From: Diploschistes diacapsis
Lineage: Eukaryota
DNA length: 40,367 nt
NCBI GenBank assembly: GCA_023645945.1
Contig: JALAIB010000050.1
Coordinates: 1-40,367 of the forward strand
Direction: 5' to 3'
Positions 12,618 to 24,328 of this stretch are shown in pieces. Numbering within the stretch: position 1 is the stretch's first letter; every line of letters starts with the position of its first letter. The notes beneath the pieces are model-generated. The model saw only the letters and a program-made list of their open reading frames with translations, was not told where the DNA came from and made no database searches. The position numbers and the translations under genes were made by a program.

Positions 12618-13448
12618 ATGCGACCTCCAAGCCTCCCCCTCCTCCGCACTCTCCGCACCTCTACCTTCTCGACCATCCCTTCAACCTCTTCCTCCACCTC
12701 CCGCCCCCTCTACCACCTCCATTATCTCTCTCCTCGCTCCTACAAACCAACTCATTCTTGCACTCTTTCCCGCCGGCACCTCTCCACCTTCCCCCCACGA
12801 ACTTCATCCTCCCCCAACACCCACGACCGCGGGCCCCCCTCATCCGAATCCACGCAAACCGACTTCTCCGCCCTGGATGTCCTCGGCAACAGCGCACCCC
12901 CTACATCCGCAATCGACGCGTGCTTGAGCAACGGCTTTCACTTCGACAATGGGCTTAAGATCGCGGACGGAAGCGGCGCGCTGCTGGTCGGGGGCGAGGT
13001 TTTCGCTTGGAGGCCGTGGATTGGGATATCTCCCGGAGGAGGAAGCAAAGGGGCCGGGAGGGATAGAATGCTAGACAAAGCAGGCCGCTGGGGCAACGGC
13101 ATGCTTCAGGGAAGCTGGGGGGTGCTGGAGCTTTGCTGGCCGAAGCCTGGTAAGCGCCACCATACCAATCATGATGATCTTACAATACATATTCTGTCGG
13201 AGAGCTGGTAGCTAATGGCTGGTTTTTGTGGGGGGTTTTTTTTGCTAGATATGTTGATCCTCGGCATGGGCGCCTCCATATACCCGCTCGCGCCGGAAAC
13301 GAGGCGGTACATCAATAGCCTGGGGATACGGGTGGACGTGCAGGACACGCGCAATGCGGCGGCGCAGTTCAACCTGCTCGCGACGGAGAGGGGAGTGGGG
13401 AATATTGCGGCGGCATTGATTCCGATTGGGTGGAAGGGTGGGGCGTGA
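12618..13448 (+). CDS. NDUFAF3: Complex I assembly factor NDUFAF3 (Mth938-like/DUF498), 243 aa; exons 12618-13149, 13249-13448
   Basis: Mitochondrial-type S/R-rich N-terminus. Motifs TDFSALDVLG, IDACLSNGF, VGGEVFAWRPW, PKPDMLILGMG and LGIRVDVQDTRNAAAQFNLLATERG. Intron 13150-13248 (GTAAGC..GCTAAT..TAG). Confidence 0.93.
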
Positions 13449-13924
13449 GGGATCTCTGTGGGAAGGTGAGGGGGGGAAAGAGTTTATGGGGATTGAAGAG
13501 GGATTAGGAGAGCGAACTCGGATAGGGTATTTGGAGACTTGTGCTGTGGTGGATAAGCGCTAGGCGATTGGAGAGGATGGCCGTCAGGGCGAATCTGGGT
13601 TGTATGGATATTAGCTGTGACGATCAAAGGTGCAATTTGCTTGGGAGACCATTCGCAGGTTTAGAGCCAGATAATCGTGGTCGGCTGAGCGCTATGAACT
13701 CATACTTGGGCCGCAAAGCCTGGGATGGGGGGGGTTTCTACTTTGCATGGAAGCGGGCTACTTTAAATGGTTAATAGAGACCAGAAGTGGCAATAAACTC
13801 GGCATATTAAAGACTGGAAAAGGTATTCAATGGTGATCAATAACAAATTGCTGAAATGCTTGCGGAACCTTCCCGTTGCACTAGTATGGAAGGTCTCGTG
13901 ATAGAACCACAACTAGCTCCTGCA

Positions 13925-15440
13925 TCATGCCTCACTCTTGTTCTCCTTATCTGAACCATCCAGCGACATGGCATCTGCATCGCCTTCAGCGTCCGCTTCC
14001 GCATTATTATTGACCTCTTGATTTGCCTCCTCCGCGGAACCCTCCGTGGCTTCGGCCTTTTCCTCGTGCCCTCCTACGACCTCCCCTTCTCCTGGCCTTC
14101 CCATGGCCTTCTCCGCATCTATAAGGCTGCCTGCTGGGCCCGCCGCGAGACCTCTGGCACCACCATCCCGAAAGTGTCCTTGCGGACCCATATCCTCCAT
14201 TCCAATCTCCTCTGGCCCTCGCGCACGCGGCCGTTCATCTTCATCGTCGTCATTGCTTCGCGGCGACCGCGGTAACGCGCCGCTGGAGGATTCTTGGGGC
14301 TGCGGCGCTTCCGTGACAGCAGACGTCGCGGCATTAGAAGGTCGTAACGACGAGCCTGTAACGCCACCCGTAAGTCCTGCGGATAGATGCTGCTGAGCGG
14401 TGTTGACGCCTGCGCTTACACTCGGCACACCATTGACCGCGACTGTGACGGTCTCTATGGAGCCAGTACCATTTGGGCCGTCAATCACAGACGTGGACTC
14501 GGTGCGGAGATCGGCGATGGGTCCTACTCCCATTCCTCCTCTAGGCTCAAGTGGTCGTTCCGGGCTGTCGAGCATGTCTGCCGAATCCCGTAACCACGGT
14601 ATAGGTGTCAGAGCAGCGCCATTGAAATCGTCCGCGAGACCTGACCCCGCTGTGGCAGCAAGGAGGTTGACACCTACCGGTGTTCCATTGATGGAGGCGC
14701 TGACAGCATTGAGACCACTCGATGGGATTGGGAAGACATTGGAGGGGCTGGAGACGGAGATGGTACGGTCTAGGGCGCGGAGGTAGGTAGGAAGCGTGCG
14801 ATAGTGGGCAGTTGGGTGAAGGACGAGCTCGGCGAATCGCTGGACTGTGTACGGGGGGGCTTCAGGAAAAGAATTCGTAAGGTTTGATTTGAGGTTCGTG
14901 TAGAAGGAGAGAAGCTGGGGGGGAAGAGTTCCCTCCGATGCTGCATTCGCTGAGTTTTGTGAGTCCGGGATGACCGGTATAGATGTATTGTTCGGGAGTT
15001 CCGGCGGACTGCTTCCTTGTATAGTAGCTTTCTCTGTCTGTTGAGAGGATATTATTGCGTTCGGAGATCGTGATGCCGCATCGGTGGAGTTCTCTGTCGC
15101 TAGTCCCCTTTGCGGAAGTGGCTCTGGGAAGACCACTGTTGGGATTGGGAAATCATTGTACACTATCTTAACTCAGTTATTAGCAACAAAACTTTAGGGT
15201 AGGTAATTGGACTGTACATGGTCCAATCTTGGGATAATGCTCTCCAGCAGCTTGGGCCACTTCGAGCTGTTGTTCGGTCAGCTTGTGCTTGTGCTTGGAT
15301 TGGGTGCGGGTGTTGGTTACATGTCCAAGGTGCCATCTTTGGCAGCAGTCTCAAGTGTATCTTCGTCTAAAGCCTGTCATTAATAGCGCGAACCAATTAC
15401 TTTACTTGGGTCAAAGGAAGAGTAACATACCCAAAGACAT
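13925..15440 (-). CDS. PSY4: Protein phosphatase 4 regulatory subunit R2 (Psy4/PPP4R2-like), 448 aa; exons 15440-15431, 15366-15321, 15266-15218, 15166-13925
   Basis: PPP4R2 motif FPEAPPYTVQRFAELVLHPTAHYRTLPTYLRALDRTISVSS and an acidic tail. The N-terminus MSLDEDTLETAAKDGTLDISKWPKLLE is assembled from three small exons with GT-AG introns. Spliced length is 1347 nt. Confidence 0.88.
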
Positions 15441-15641
15441 TTTCGCCTGCTTTCAGTCCTTTGGGCCAGAAAATGGGTTATTCTGTCAAGCTGGGTTTGA
15501 CGTCACACGCACACAGCATTGAACCTTTGCATGTCCAGGAAAAACTCGGGGGTTGGTTGGGGGGCCCCCCGCAGTCTGTGGGAATTTTTCGTTTTGATCG
15601 AGACCAAAGATTCTCAGCCTTACAAGGCTGGACCGCCCAAG

Positions 15642-15676
15642 TCTGCCACACGATCTGCCACAAGATCTGCCTCAGA
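15642..15676 (+). repeat. Imperfect 12-bp tandem repeat x3 (TCTGCCACA(C/A)GA) in a divergent promoter
   Basis: TCTGCCACACGA TCTGCCACAAGA TCTGCCTCAGA read directly from the sequence. Confidence 0.8.
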
Positions 15677-16581
15677 TTCTTTCTTATTACGTATGCATTC
15701 CGATAGAAAAGTCTACAGCACCCATCCTGCATGCTTTCCTGAGTCTGTTCCTGCTTGCTACGTAGTCACATCACGTATTGCTGGTTGCGTCTTGCTTATC
15801 CGAATGTTGAGCATTGCCTGTAGCATCACAATGACTGATATCTGGCTTGCTTCCATTCCTTGTAGTTCTGAATTTTGAAGTTACTACTTGCGGAACACCA
15901 ATACGAGCCACTAGTACAATCGTACAGTAATGTGCTAGTACTTTGTACCTGTTTACGGGGCATTGTCCAGCTGTTAGCTCGCCCCAACTACCTTCCTGGG
16001 GAGATAAAAAGCAAAAAGCAGGGATTCCCCCAAGGGACATGCCAATCGGGGACCTTGACTGGTAAACTTACCCGATTGGCTGCAAGCCAGACCACCAGCT
16101 GAAATAATTCCAAGGGGCTAGTAATCATGAAGATGAGAATAGAATTCCCCTTGGGCCACGCCGATAGAGTCCTGATATTAGAAACGATGTCCAACGTGTA
16201 CATTGAGTGTCCACTTCCACCAAATATAATTGAAAGATCCGACAGTTGTCAGTAATGAAGTCTCTATTCTAGGAGGCCGTTGCAGCAGTTGCCCCGTGCA
16301 ATCACAAGGAACAACGTAACAGCAGACAGACAGCCTTGCTGAGCCCAGCCGTTTAGGACGAATCCCGAAACCCAGGCCATTGCAGATCTTTCCCTCTCTC
16401 CTCCTGATCAAGTTTTACGAGATTTCATACCATCACCGTCGACTTCTTTTTTTCCCCTTTGTTCAATCAACAACAATCATTCCTGTGTTGGATTTTCTCC
16501 GAGTCCTCAACTCCCAGCACTCAGTTTTTGGCTCTTTCACGGCTTCGTCACTGGCATGAGCCTTGGCACCTGCTCCTCAAG

Positions 16582-16606
16582 TCCCGACCGATCCCGACCG
16601 ATCCCG
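16582..16606 (+). repeat. 10-bp tandem repeat x2.5 (TCCCGACCGA)
   Basis: TCCCGACCGA TCCCGACCGA TCCCG read directly from the sequence. Confidence 0.8.
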
Positions 16607-16931
16607 CAACCCCTCGGACTCGACAGCGCAATCACGACTTCCATCTGGTCTCTTCTACAACATCGACTCATTGAATAAAAGTGCCTACTTTCAAACCGCC
16701 TTACGGGCTATTCTTAGCAGCTCTCGGGGGTCGAGCGAGAATCAACTCGTAAGACTCTATTACTGAAGCTCCCTTGAGGAGCACCCAACCGCCAAAATTC
16801 AGCACCACGCGTCCAAAGCATCCCTTCTGGGAAGTCAGCCTTTCGACGGTTCATATCAGAGGGCACCAGTCGGCTTCAGAGAGCGGCAAGGTTATGAGTC
16901 GGTGACACCGAGAGCACCGCAGAAAATCAGC

Positions 16932-18094
16932 ATGATGTACAAGCCAGATTCTCGCTGGACTTGGTCCTTTTTAGGCGTTGCGCTCGTGCAGGCTGTCATC
17001 GTTCTAGCCCTAGAAGCGTGAGCTCGTCTACTAATCTTTGTGATAATGACTGATGAATTTCTCCAGCTACGCATTAGCGATCTTCCAGATGGATGTCGAC
17101 AAAGGAGACTTGGATCAAGGCTATGATATCGCCAGTCAGCCATATACAAGGACCGTTCCGGTGATGGCGACTGTGTACCTGTTTGGCATGCTATACTTTT
17201 CTATACTGGTGTGGGACGCTCTTCGAATGAGGAACACAATTCAAATTATCGGCCTTTGCATAGCCAATCTCTGTCTGATGATATTCGGCGCCGCAGAACC
17301 GAAACAGGTTAATGATGCCATCACTCGATTGAAACTTGACAATGTCGACACCCTTTTGCCTGTCGAAACAGCAATCCCTTGCATCCTGTCCGTGGGCACA
17401 TTGATCATGTCGTTCATTGCGCGAAAGCTGTACAACGAATTCGCCTGGTCTATTTATAAGCACATTAGCGCGGATCTTCGCATGAAGAAGCGTTACATGA
17501 CCTATCAGGTATATACACGGTTTTTCTATTCCGGAACCCAGCTAACAGACATTAGATTTACATTGCTCTTATGAAGTTCGATTTCTACTTTTTCCTTGGA
17601 TTTGCCGTGCAACTCTTGATCGTGCTCAATCCTTCGCAGGATGTTGAGTTCTGGCTCACAGTCGCGGCTGTTCCAGTAGTCGTATTGATTCTCTTGATGT
17701 CAGGGTTCTGGGTCCGAAGAGAGAATCTAGTCGGCATGATAATTGTTATTGTAAGTCAAGTTATTGCTTCTTATAGCTCTCACTAATCATCACCCAGATC
17801 ATCTACGTTGCTGGTCTGGTTTATTACTTCTACAAGCTTGTTCGCATTTGGACTGGTGACAAGTTTACTCTATACCAGCCGATCAACAAGGAGTTGACCA
17901 TTTTTGCCATCTTTACCCTTCTCCTTATCCTAGGTACGATAGCCAACGCGATACAGTGTACCTTGAACTTTGGCAAGGGGTTAAGGCCCTATTTGATATC
18001 GAGAAGGGATGTCGGTGGCGATGAAAAGGCATACAATACCGAGCTGCCAAAACTTCCGCATAGTCAAGCTCCGATCCGCATGACGATCGATTAG
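16932..18094 (+). CDS. UPF0658-like multi-pass (Golgi) membrane protein, 339 aa from the first AUG; exons 16932-17017, 17067-17508, 17556-17750, 17798-18094
   Basis: Motifs DALRMRNTIQIIGLC, KLYNEFAWSIYKHISADLRMKKRYMTYQIYIALMKFDFYFFLGF, NFGKGLRPYL and C-terminal RMTID. Several hydrophobic segments. Three GT-AG introns; spliced length 1020 nt. Confidence 0.88.
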
Positions 18095-18555
18095 GAGGTT
18101 TGGGGACTGATGGAGATTATCCTACTATTAATGCATAGGACCGATTGCGCTTTGGCCGCTGGAATGGCATTTTTTCTTAGCTGTGAGAATTATGCTACGG
18201 CCTGTATCGTTTGATTTTTAGGAGCATTCAATGAATGAAGTTATGAGCACGGCTAGATAAATTGACTTTACAATATGTTATGACAGATCAGCATGCTCCG
18301 TGACCTACTTCGCTTCGCTCATTAGCACGTAGGATGCATTCTTATGTCAGTAATTACTCCTAGTCGTCAAAATCGCAGAGCACAAATATCAGGGCAGCGA
18401 GTGGAAATGATGTCCTCTCCTCAAGCGTTCTTATGATTCTGTGTCTTGTTTAAAGCCTCGAATGATGCTACTGTAAGGGTGGTTACGGGAAAGTGGCTCG
18501 TTACCGCTGTTATTGCAGTTCCATCCATTCCTGAAGATTATCTTTGCTGCCGGAG

Positions 18556-19974
18556 ATGATTAAGGCAATCTTCTATAGTAAATTTGACGTCCATGAAGGT
18601 TCATCATCCAAACTCAGTGGGCTTCTGGTCAAATGCAAAAGCTAACGTCGCTCAGGTCCCAAAGTGATCCATCAAGTCCCTAAGAACAGCATCACACCCG
18701 ATCTCACAGTTCCCACCACAAAACCTCTAGTTCACTTTCCATCCATCTCTCCCTTCATAATTCCCCGCCAAACCTTCTGTTTCCATTCTCTCACTCTTCT
18801 GTCCTCTTCCTACCGCATCCTCTCCCACCCAATCTGCATCTCCTCCCCTCGATACCCCCGAAACGAGTTTATCTTTTCCTTCTCTATAGTCCTCCATCAC
18901 CGCACCCCTTTCGGTCCCTATGCCTCTGTCTGTACGAAGCTGGCCACACTCTTTCAGCACCTCGAAGTCTCTTCCAGCTTTTTGTCCCGGGATGTCGCCA
19001 CCCCAGATACAGGCAAGATCTTTGCCTTGTGTGAGATACTGCTCGAAGACTTGAACAATTACTCAGAGGCAATGATCCCGATTGACGATGCGAATACGCT
19101 GAACATCAAGCTCTTCCCTTCGTACCCGCCGCCGCCACCATTGAGCCCGCAACAAGTGCCCCTTGCAACGGTCAACCTCGATGCACTCAAGGACGAGAGC
19201 TGGGACCTGACGATGCTAAGGATACTGCCGCATATTGACGGCATCAACTCATTGAAGCAGATCGCATACCGCGCAGATGCAGACTACAAGCTTGTGCGTA
19301 AGGCCGTGGAGCATCTGGTATACTACGGCTGCGTAATGCTGATGGACGTATGGAGCTTCGGGGCTTGCTATGCGCCGACGGAGGGAATAGGGCAGTTTGT
19401 GCAGAACCCGGAGATGCAGGAGGAGGGAAGAAGGTACCTGCTATTACCGGAGGCGCAGAAGGCGCTAAATGCTGTTGCTACGGGCAATAGCTCCAGCACG
19501 GGACAAAGTGGGGACGAGACTGTTGCAACAGACAAAGTCGAGAAGATTAGGGAGTATTTGGATGGAAGCGGCTTGGTTGAGCTCTACATGAGTCTACGAC
19601 AGGGACAGAGCCTGAGAAGCTGGTGCCTTGAGCATGCAGATGTTGTGACATCTTGCGTATTGGACGTCCGTCGATTCATTCATTTCGGCGTAGTCAAGGG
19701 CTTCCTGTACAGAGTTCACAAGTACGCTATTGCTATGGGAAAGCACGGTGGCACTACTGTCGATGAGCAGGATGAGAGCAATACCCTGGATGGAAGCGCA
19801 CTGGAAAACAGTCTGAAAAGGGGAAGGAGAGACACAAAGGGCAAGCCAGAGCTTGCAAAATACCTCGATGGCATGCATTGCTTTGATGAGATATGTACAG
19901 AGCTGGCGATCAGCGAAAAGGAGTTGTTAGCAAGGCTGAAGAGTTGGGGCGATGTCCAAGTCATTTATCGCTGA
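18556..19974 (+). CDS. NPR2: Nitrogen permease regulator 2 (SEACIT/GATOR1 subunit), 453 aa; exons 18556-18598, 18656-19974
   Basis: Motifs MIKAIFYSKFDVHEGPKVIHQVP, YPRNEFIFSF, ILLEDLNNYSEAMIPIDDANTLNIKLFP, WDLTMLRILPHIDGINS, DVRRFIHFGVVKGFLYRVHKY and LDGMHCFDEICTEL. Intron 18599-18655 with GCTAAC branch. Confidence 0.96.
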
Positions 19975-20356
19975 CAGGAAAAAATTCTAATGACAAATTT
20001 TAAAGATTAAAGAACAAGGAATAGTATGCGGGATGCTTGTCTCTTCATCTCCAATAGCTATCTGAAGCAGAGAAAGCTTCTGATTTGGCACCCAACTAAT
20101 ACAGGAAAAACCCTCTAGCACGCTCATTTGAGGCCGATCCAAGTTGAACCCAAGTAGCGACATGGCCACTTACGAAGCCCATGTGTAATGGCACTATATG
20201 ATTTCGCTAGGTGCACGGGAAAACGCAATCGGTGAGTCCTTGAACCTAGAGAGACTAGGTGTAATACACTGCCGTCATACAATGTTTGACGCTTGAGTGT
20301 TGATTGTTCATATTTGCGCGTGACATCGTGACATCAACTCAGTTTGCTCTCGATCC

Positions 20357-22536
20357 ATGGCCAAGCAAACATTGTCTCCCGAGCAAGCAAGTGCTCTGCT
20401 TGGTGTTCTCATTCACTATGAAACGTATACGGAAATCGAGGACTATAAGTACGATAGAGCTATCCACGAATATGGTCCTCCTTTCCAAGCAGACCCCAAT
20501 ATTAAGCCGGCGACACCAGTCCTTCAAACCTTGGTGACGCGCTTCTTGATACATCTACCCGGACTCAAAGATGTACCAAAGGACTTTTGGCCTTCTAGAG
20601 TGCAGCCTCTTGTGTCTGCCCTTTCCAATGCTAACCTCAGCGAAAGCTACGACAAAGGCGTGCTCGGGCAACGTAAGACGCTAGCAACCGCTATTTCTGC
20701 ATTGCTAGAGTATCCTGCTCGAGGTTACTTCGGAGGCTTCCCCAAGCAAGAGCTCCAGAAGAAGGATAAGGACTATGACCCATCTAACCCGGATGACATC
20801 TCGAAGGCATGGGTCGACTTCCGGCAAGAGCTGGTCTATGGGGACTTGATCGACGAGCTGTTCAAGCGAGCGGGAGAGACTGACCGGCTTGAGGAACATT
20901 CTTCGCTTGTGCAGGGCGCTCATCGATTCGTGATCCTGAAGTAACTTGATCTGTGCGGCATGCCGCTGCTTTGTTTGCCCCCATTCCTGATTCATATTTC
21001 CTGACAATCAATAGTCTCGCTTCTATAATGCATTATACCCTCATTGCTTCCTCCAAAGGGCCTTCACTTCTCGCGCTTCTAGAAAATGCCCACAAGCTTG
21101 TGCCCTATATGCTTATCCGGCAAACACTCCGCGTGGGCAACGCTGCTACTATGATCAACGGCATGGTGAGGATTGTTCTAGCAAAAGCTAGTGTAGGCAC
21201 TGTCACCAACTGGATAGGCTTAAGCGAAGGGGCAGATGAGGGAATGAACTTGATGCAAACGTAGGTCCGCCCAGCATTTCCAGCGCATTGCTATCGGACA
21301 CAGCAATCTCCCTTCAAGCATGTTGGCGTACAAGTTGGCGTACAAGGGTCCCTTTAGATCATGTCATGCCAAAATGTCTGCTTACTACGGTTCAGAATCA
21401 TATCAACTGTCTTGGGGTGGGACATCAACAAGCTCAAAAAGCGTGCATCGCAGATAGAGTCTAACAAGCAAGGCCCAACGAAAGAACAGCTCAAAACGCT
21501 GAGAGAGTATGTTGGCTTGAGCCAAGTAGAGCAAGAGCAGCGGAGGTCTCAAAGCAGTTTGTCCACCTACTTCCCAGCCTTCTTATTCAGAAGTTGGGCG
21601 CTGCTAATCGATCCAGGATCAAAGAACGAGTCGATCGTGGCTACCATCCTCTCATCGACGTCGCTTCCCAGTACAGCTCACTCCCTTGCTTTAGAGTATC
21701 TCTCGTTGAAGTTGTCCGTTCGGGATCGTGAGCAGCTCATTGAAGTTCTTTGCCGGCGTAATCCGGACTTGGTCACGCCGACCGCGCGAGACCTGATCTC
21801 AGCATATGATCCTATCATACGCGCTGTTCATAATGCCGTTGACCTTGCTGGTACAGTGGCTGACGCTCAAGCGTTTATTGACGATTTGATCAAACTTTCA
21901 AAGACTCAATCCAATAAAAGCAGCCAAATTACAGTGGAAGACTATGTTAAATTACTTGAGAAGCATCAAAACTCGTCACACCAATTTCTGCACCAGGTTT
22001 GCAAGAACGGTAAAGAGCTTGCGGCATGGTATAAAGATTTCGTTCACATGGTGGCATCGAAGTTTCGAGTATTGGATGAGGGAGTACCTAAGCTTTCCGA
22101 CTCTGCTGAAGCCAAGCTCAAGGCCCTGGTTGCCGATCTATCGACCTCTGACCGCGATAACGTTCTGGAAGAAGTTCACCGCCACGCTGAATATCTCAAG
22201 CAACTCTCGGACTCGTCATCAGCTCGTATCAAAGCAACATTGGAAAAGAAATCAACGACCACCTATGGTCCTGGAGTCTATCTGGCTCGCTGGCAAGCGC
22301 TATTAGACAACACCGTAATTACGCCTTCACAGCCCAAAGGCCAAGTAAGGAAAGCTGGGAGCAAAGAGGCCAAGGAGGCCTCGAGAACGGACGTCGACGG
22401 CGAGAAGGAAGGCAATGCGAATGCAGAGAAACAAGTCGAAGAAGAAGCGGTCAAAGCGCCATATGTAGGCACAATAGTCAAACTGCTTATGAGCAAGTTC
22501 TGGGAGATGCTGAGAGAATGGGGAGACAAGACTTAG
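20357..22536 (+). CDS. PX-associated (PXB) + DUF3818 domain protein (Lec1/YPR097W-related), 636 aa; exons 20357-20940, 21015-21260, 21396-21556, 21617-22536
   Basis: Motifs LSPEQASALLGVLIHYETYTEIEDYK, YGPPF, NLSESYDKG, HKLVPYMLIRQTLRVGNAATMINGMVRIVLA, GMNLMQ and YDPIIRAVHNAVDL. Three GT-AG introns; spliced length 1911 nt. Confidence 0.85.
21322..21345 (+). repeat. Perfect 12-bp tandem duplication (GTTGGCGTACAA x2) inside intron 2 of the PXB/DUF3818 gene
   Basis: Read directly from the sequence. Confidence 0.85.
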
Positions 22537-24328
22537 CTGCTATTATGGTTTCGAGATCTGTGTTCTTTACTCTACTATTTCGCTCGAAATATGCACTTGT
22601 CATTCTTTCTATGAGTCATGAATGATTACCCTTGCCCGGTTGTCTTCAGATCCTGTTTCCTGTTCCTTTCCTTTATCACTTCCCTTTCTCTTACTGCTTC
22701 TTCTCCAATGCCCTTAGCGTTGCCGATTGTCTACTGTTGTAGTACAGACGCTTTTCTTCCCCCATTTTCTCCTCGCGCCGTTTTTATCTATAGGGTATGC
22801 TAAGCGTCATATGATTTATCAGACAAACATATCATCTTCTCGGTGTTGAGTGTTAATAGGCTTCACTTCTACGGACTATGGAATGCACAACTCGGCGAGA
22901 TAATCAGCGTCTTCCTCTGGTCCTTTGATACCGAGCTGACACTGCACCTTATATCAAAACTTGTGATTTGTCTTTCCTTCTGGCGTTTAGGCTTATACAA
23001 GCAGATATTTACAAGTCTAGACCTCAGCATAACGAGGAACTGACGTCAATGAAACTCAGAGTACCGTATTGTCCACAGTCTTTGGTTATGAATGTCAAGG
23101 ATCAAGCAAGGAAGGGAGGACACCATCAGGCGGCACTTATGACGCCGGGTCTCTTTCGGGAAGCAGTGGCGCTTACCAACGGTATCCGGATGCATGACGA
23201 GACCGATCTTATCGGTGAAAGTATTTCGAAGAACCCTTTAGATACCGAGACGCAGTAAGGGCGGCTTGACGTGTTGGACAGTGAAGGCATCCTCATATCC
23301 CGGGAGGCATATCATGAACACACGATTCGAACAGACGAAAGGAGGAAGCATTCGAGTATGTCTTGGTTTTCCAAATATAACAAGGTTGGCCAAAACCGCA
23401 ATCTAGATTGAGGGAAACGCGATTGAACAAGGGTCACTGCGGCCATCCTGGATTTGACATTCACCGAACAAAACTCGCGACGAACTGTGAGCGAACACAC
23501 TTGTTATGCAAGGTTTCATTTCACACAGGTGGGAAGCTGATTGTATAGTGGAATTATAGTTGGACAGCCTGAAAGCCGCCTGTTACCTGGGTCTGATTGG
23601 TTCCGAAGACGTCAAAATACTCTACTTATGCCACTTAGAATCTGCTCAATATCGTGAAAACACAACAACAGAAAGAAAAAGAAGTAGCAAGAGGGGAAAC
23701 ACCGACCACGAAACCCTTGCTACTTTATCTAACAAGCACAAAATACAACATATAACTTGAAAGGAGCGCCTGTGATTCCTCCAACATGAATTACTGGGCA
23801 GATGCTCGCGGAGGCGATATCAGGGGAACGTGATTTTCAGACCGTTGCCTGAGCTTCAAAGTGAGGCCAGCTAGCGGTATGAAATCCGCAAGGTCTTTGG
23901 TTTAACACGAAGCCCGTTAATTCTTAAGAGCCTGCTAAAGGTAGCATGGGTGACGGTGAATTTCCGTGGCATGGAGTGGAGGCCACATACCCACGCGCCT
24001 AAGATATTCCTTGGCTGTTTCTCTCTATGTTCACGATGTCGAAGCCTGTGGCACGACTTTGCATTGAATAGGCAACAGCTCTCATGCTCCTATGCCCCTT
24101 GATGTGCGAGGTCAGGGATACTAGTTGTTGTGCTTACCAGGTGTACTTATATTACCATTGCTAAGTATCGTGGCATAGAAGTTAGCATCCTCAGAAGCGT
24201 TTCCACCGTTTCCCAGGCTTTGTTCTTCTAGGAACGACTCTTAACATGCCGGCTCAACACCCACGAGAATCACCGTGGGAGCCTGGGAATCGTTCCAAGC
24301 GGGAATCCTGACGCAGAAAATATATATG

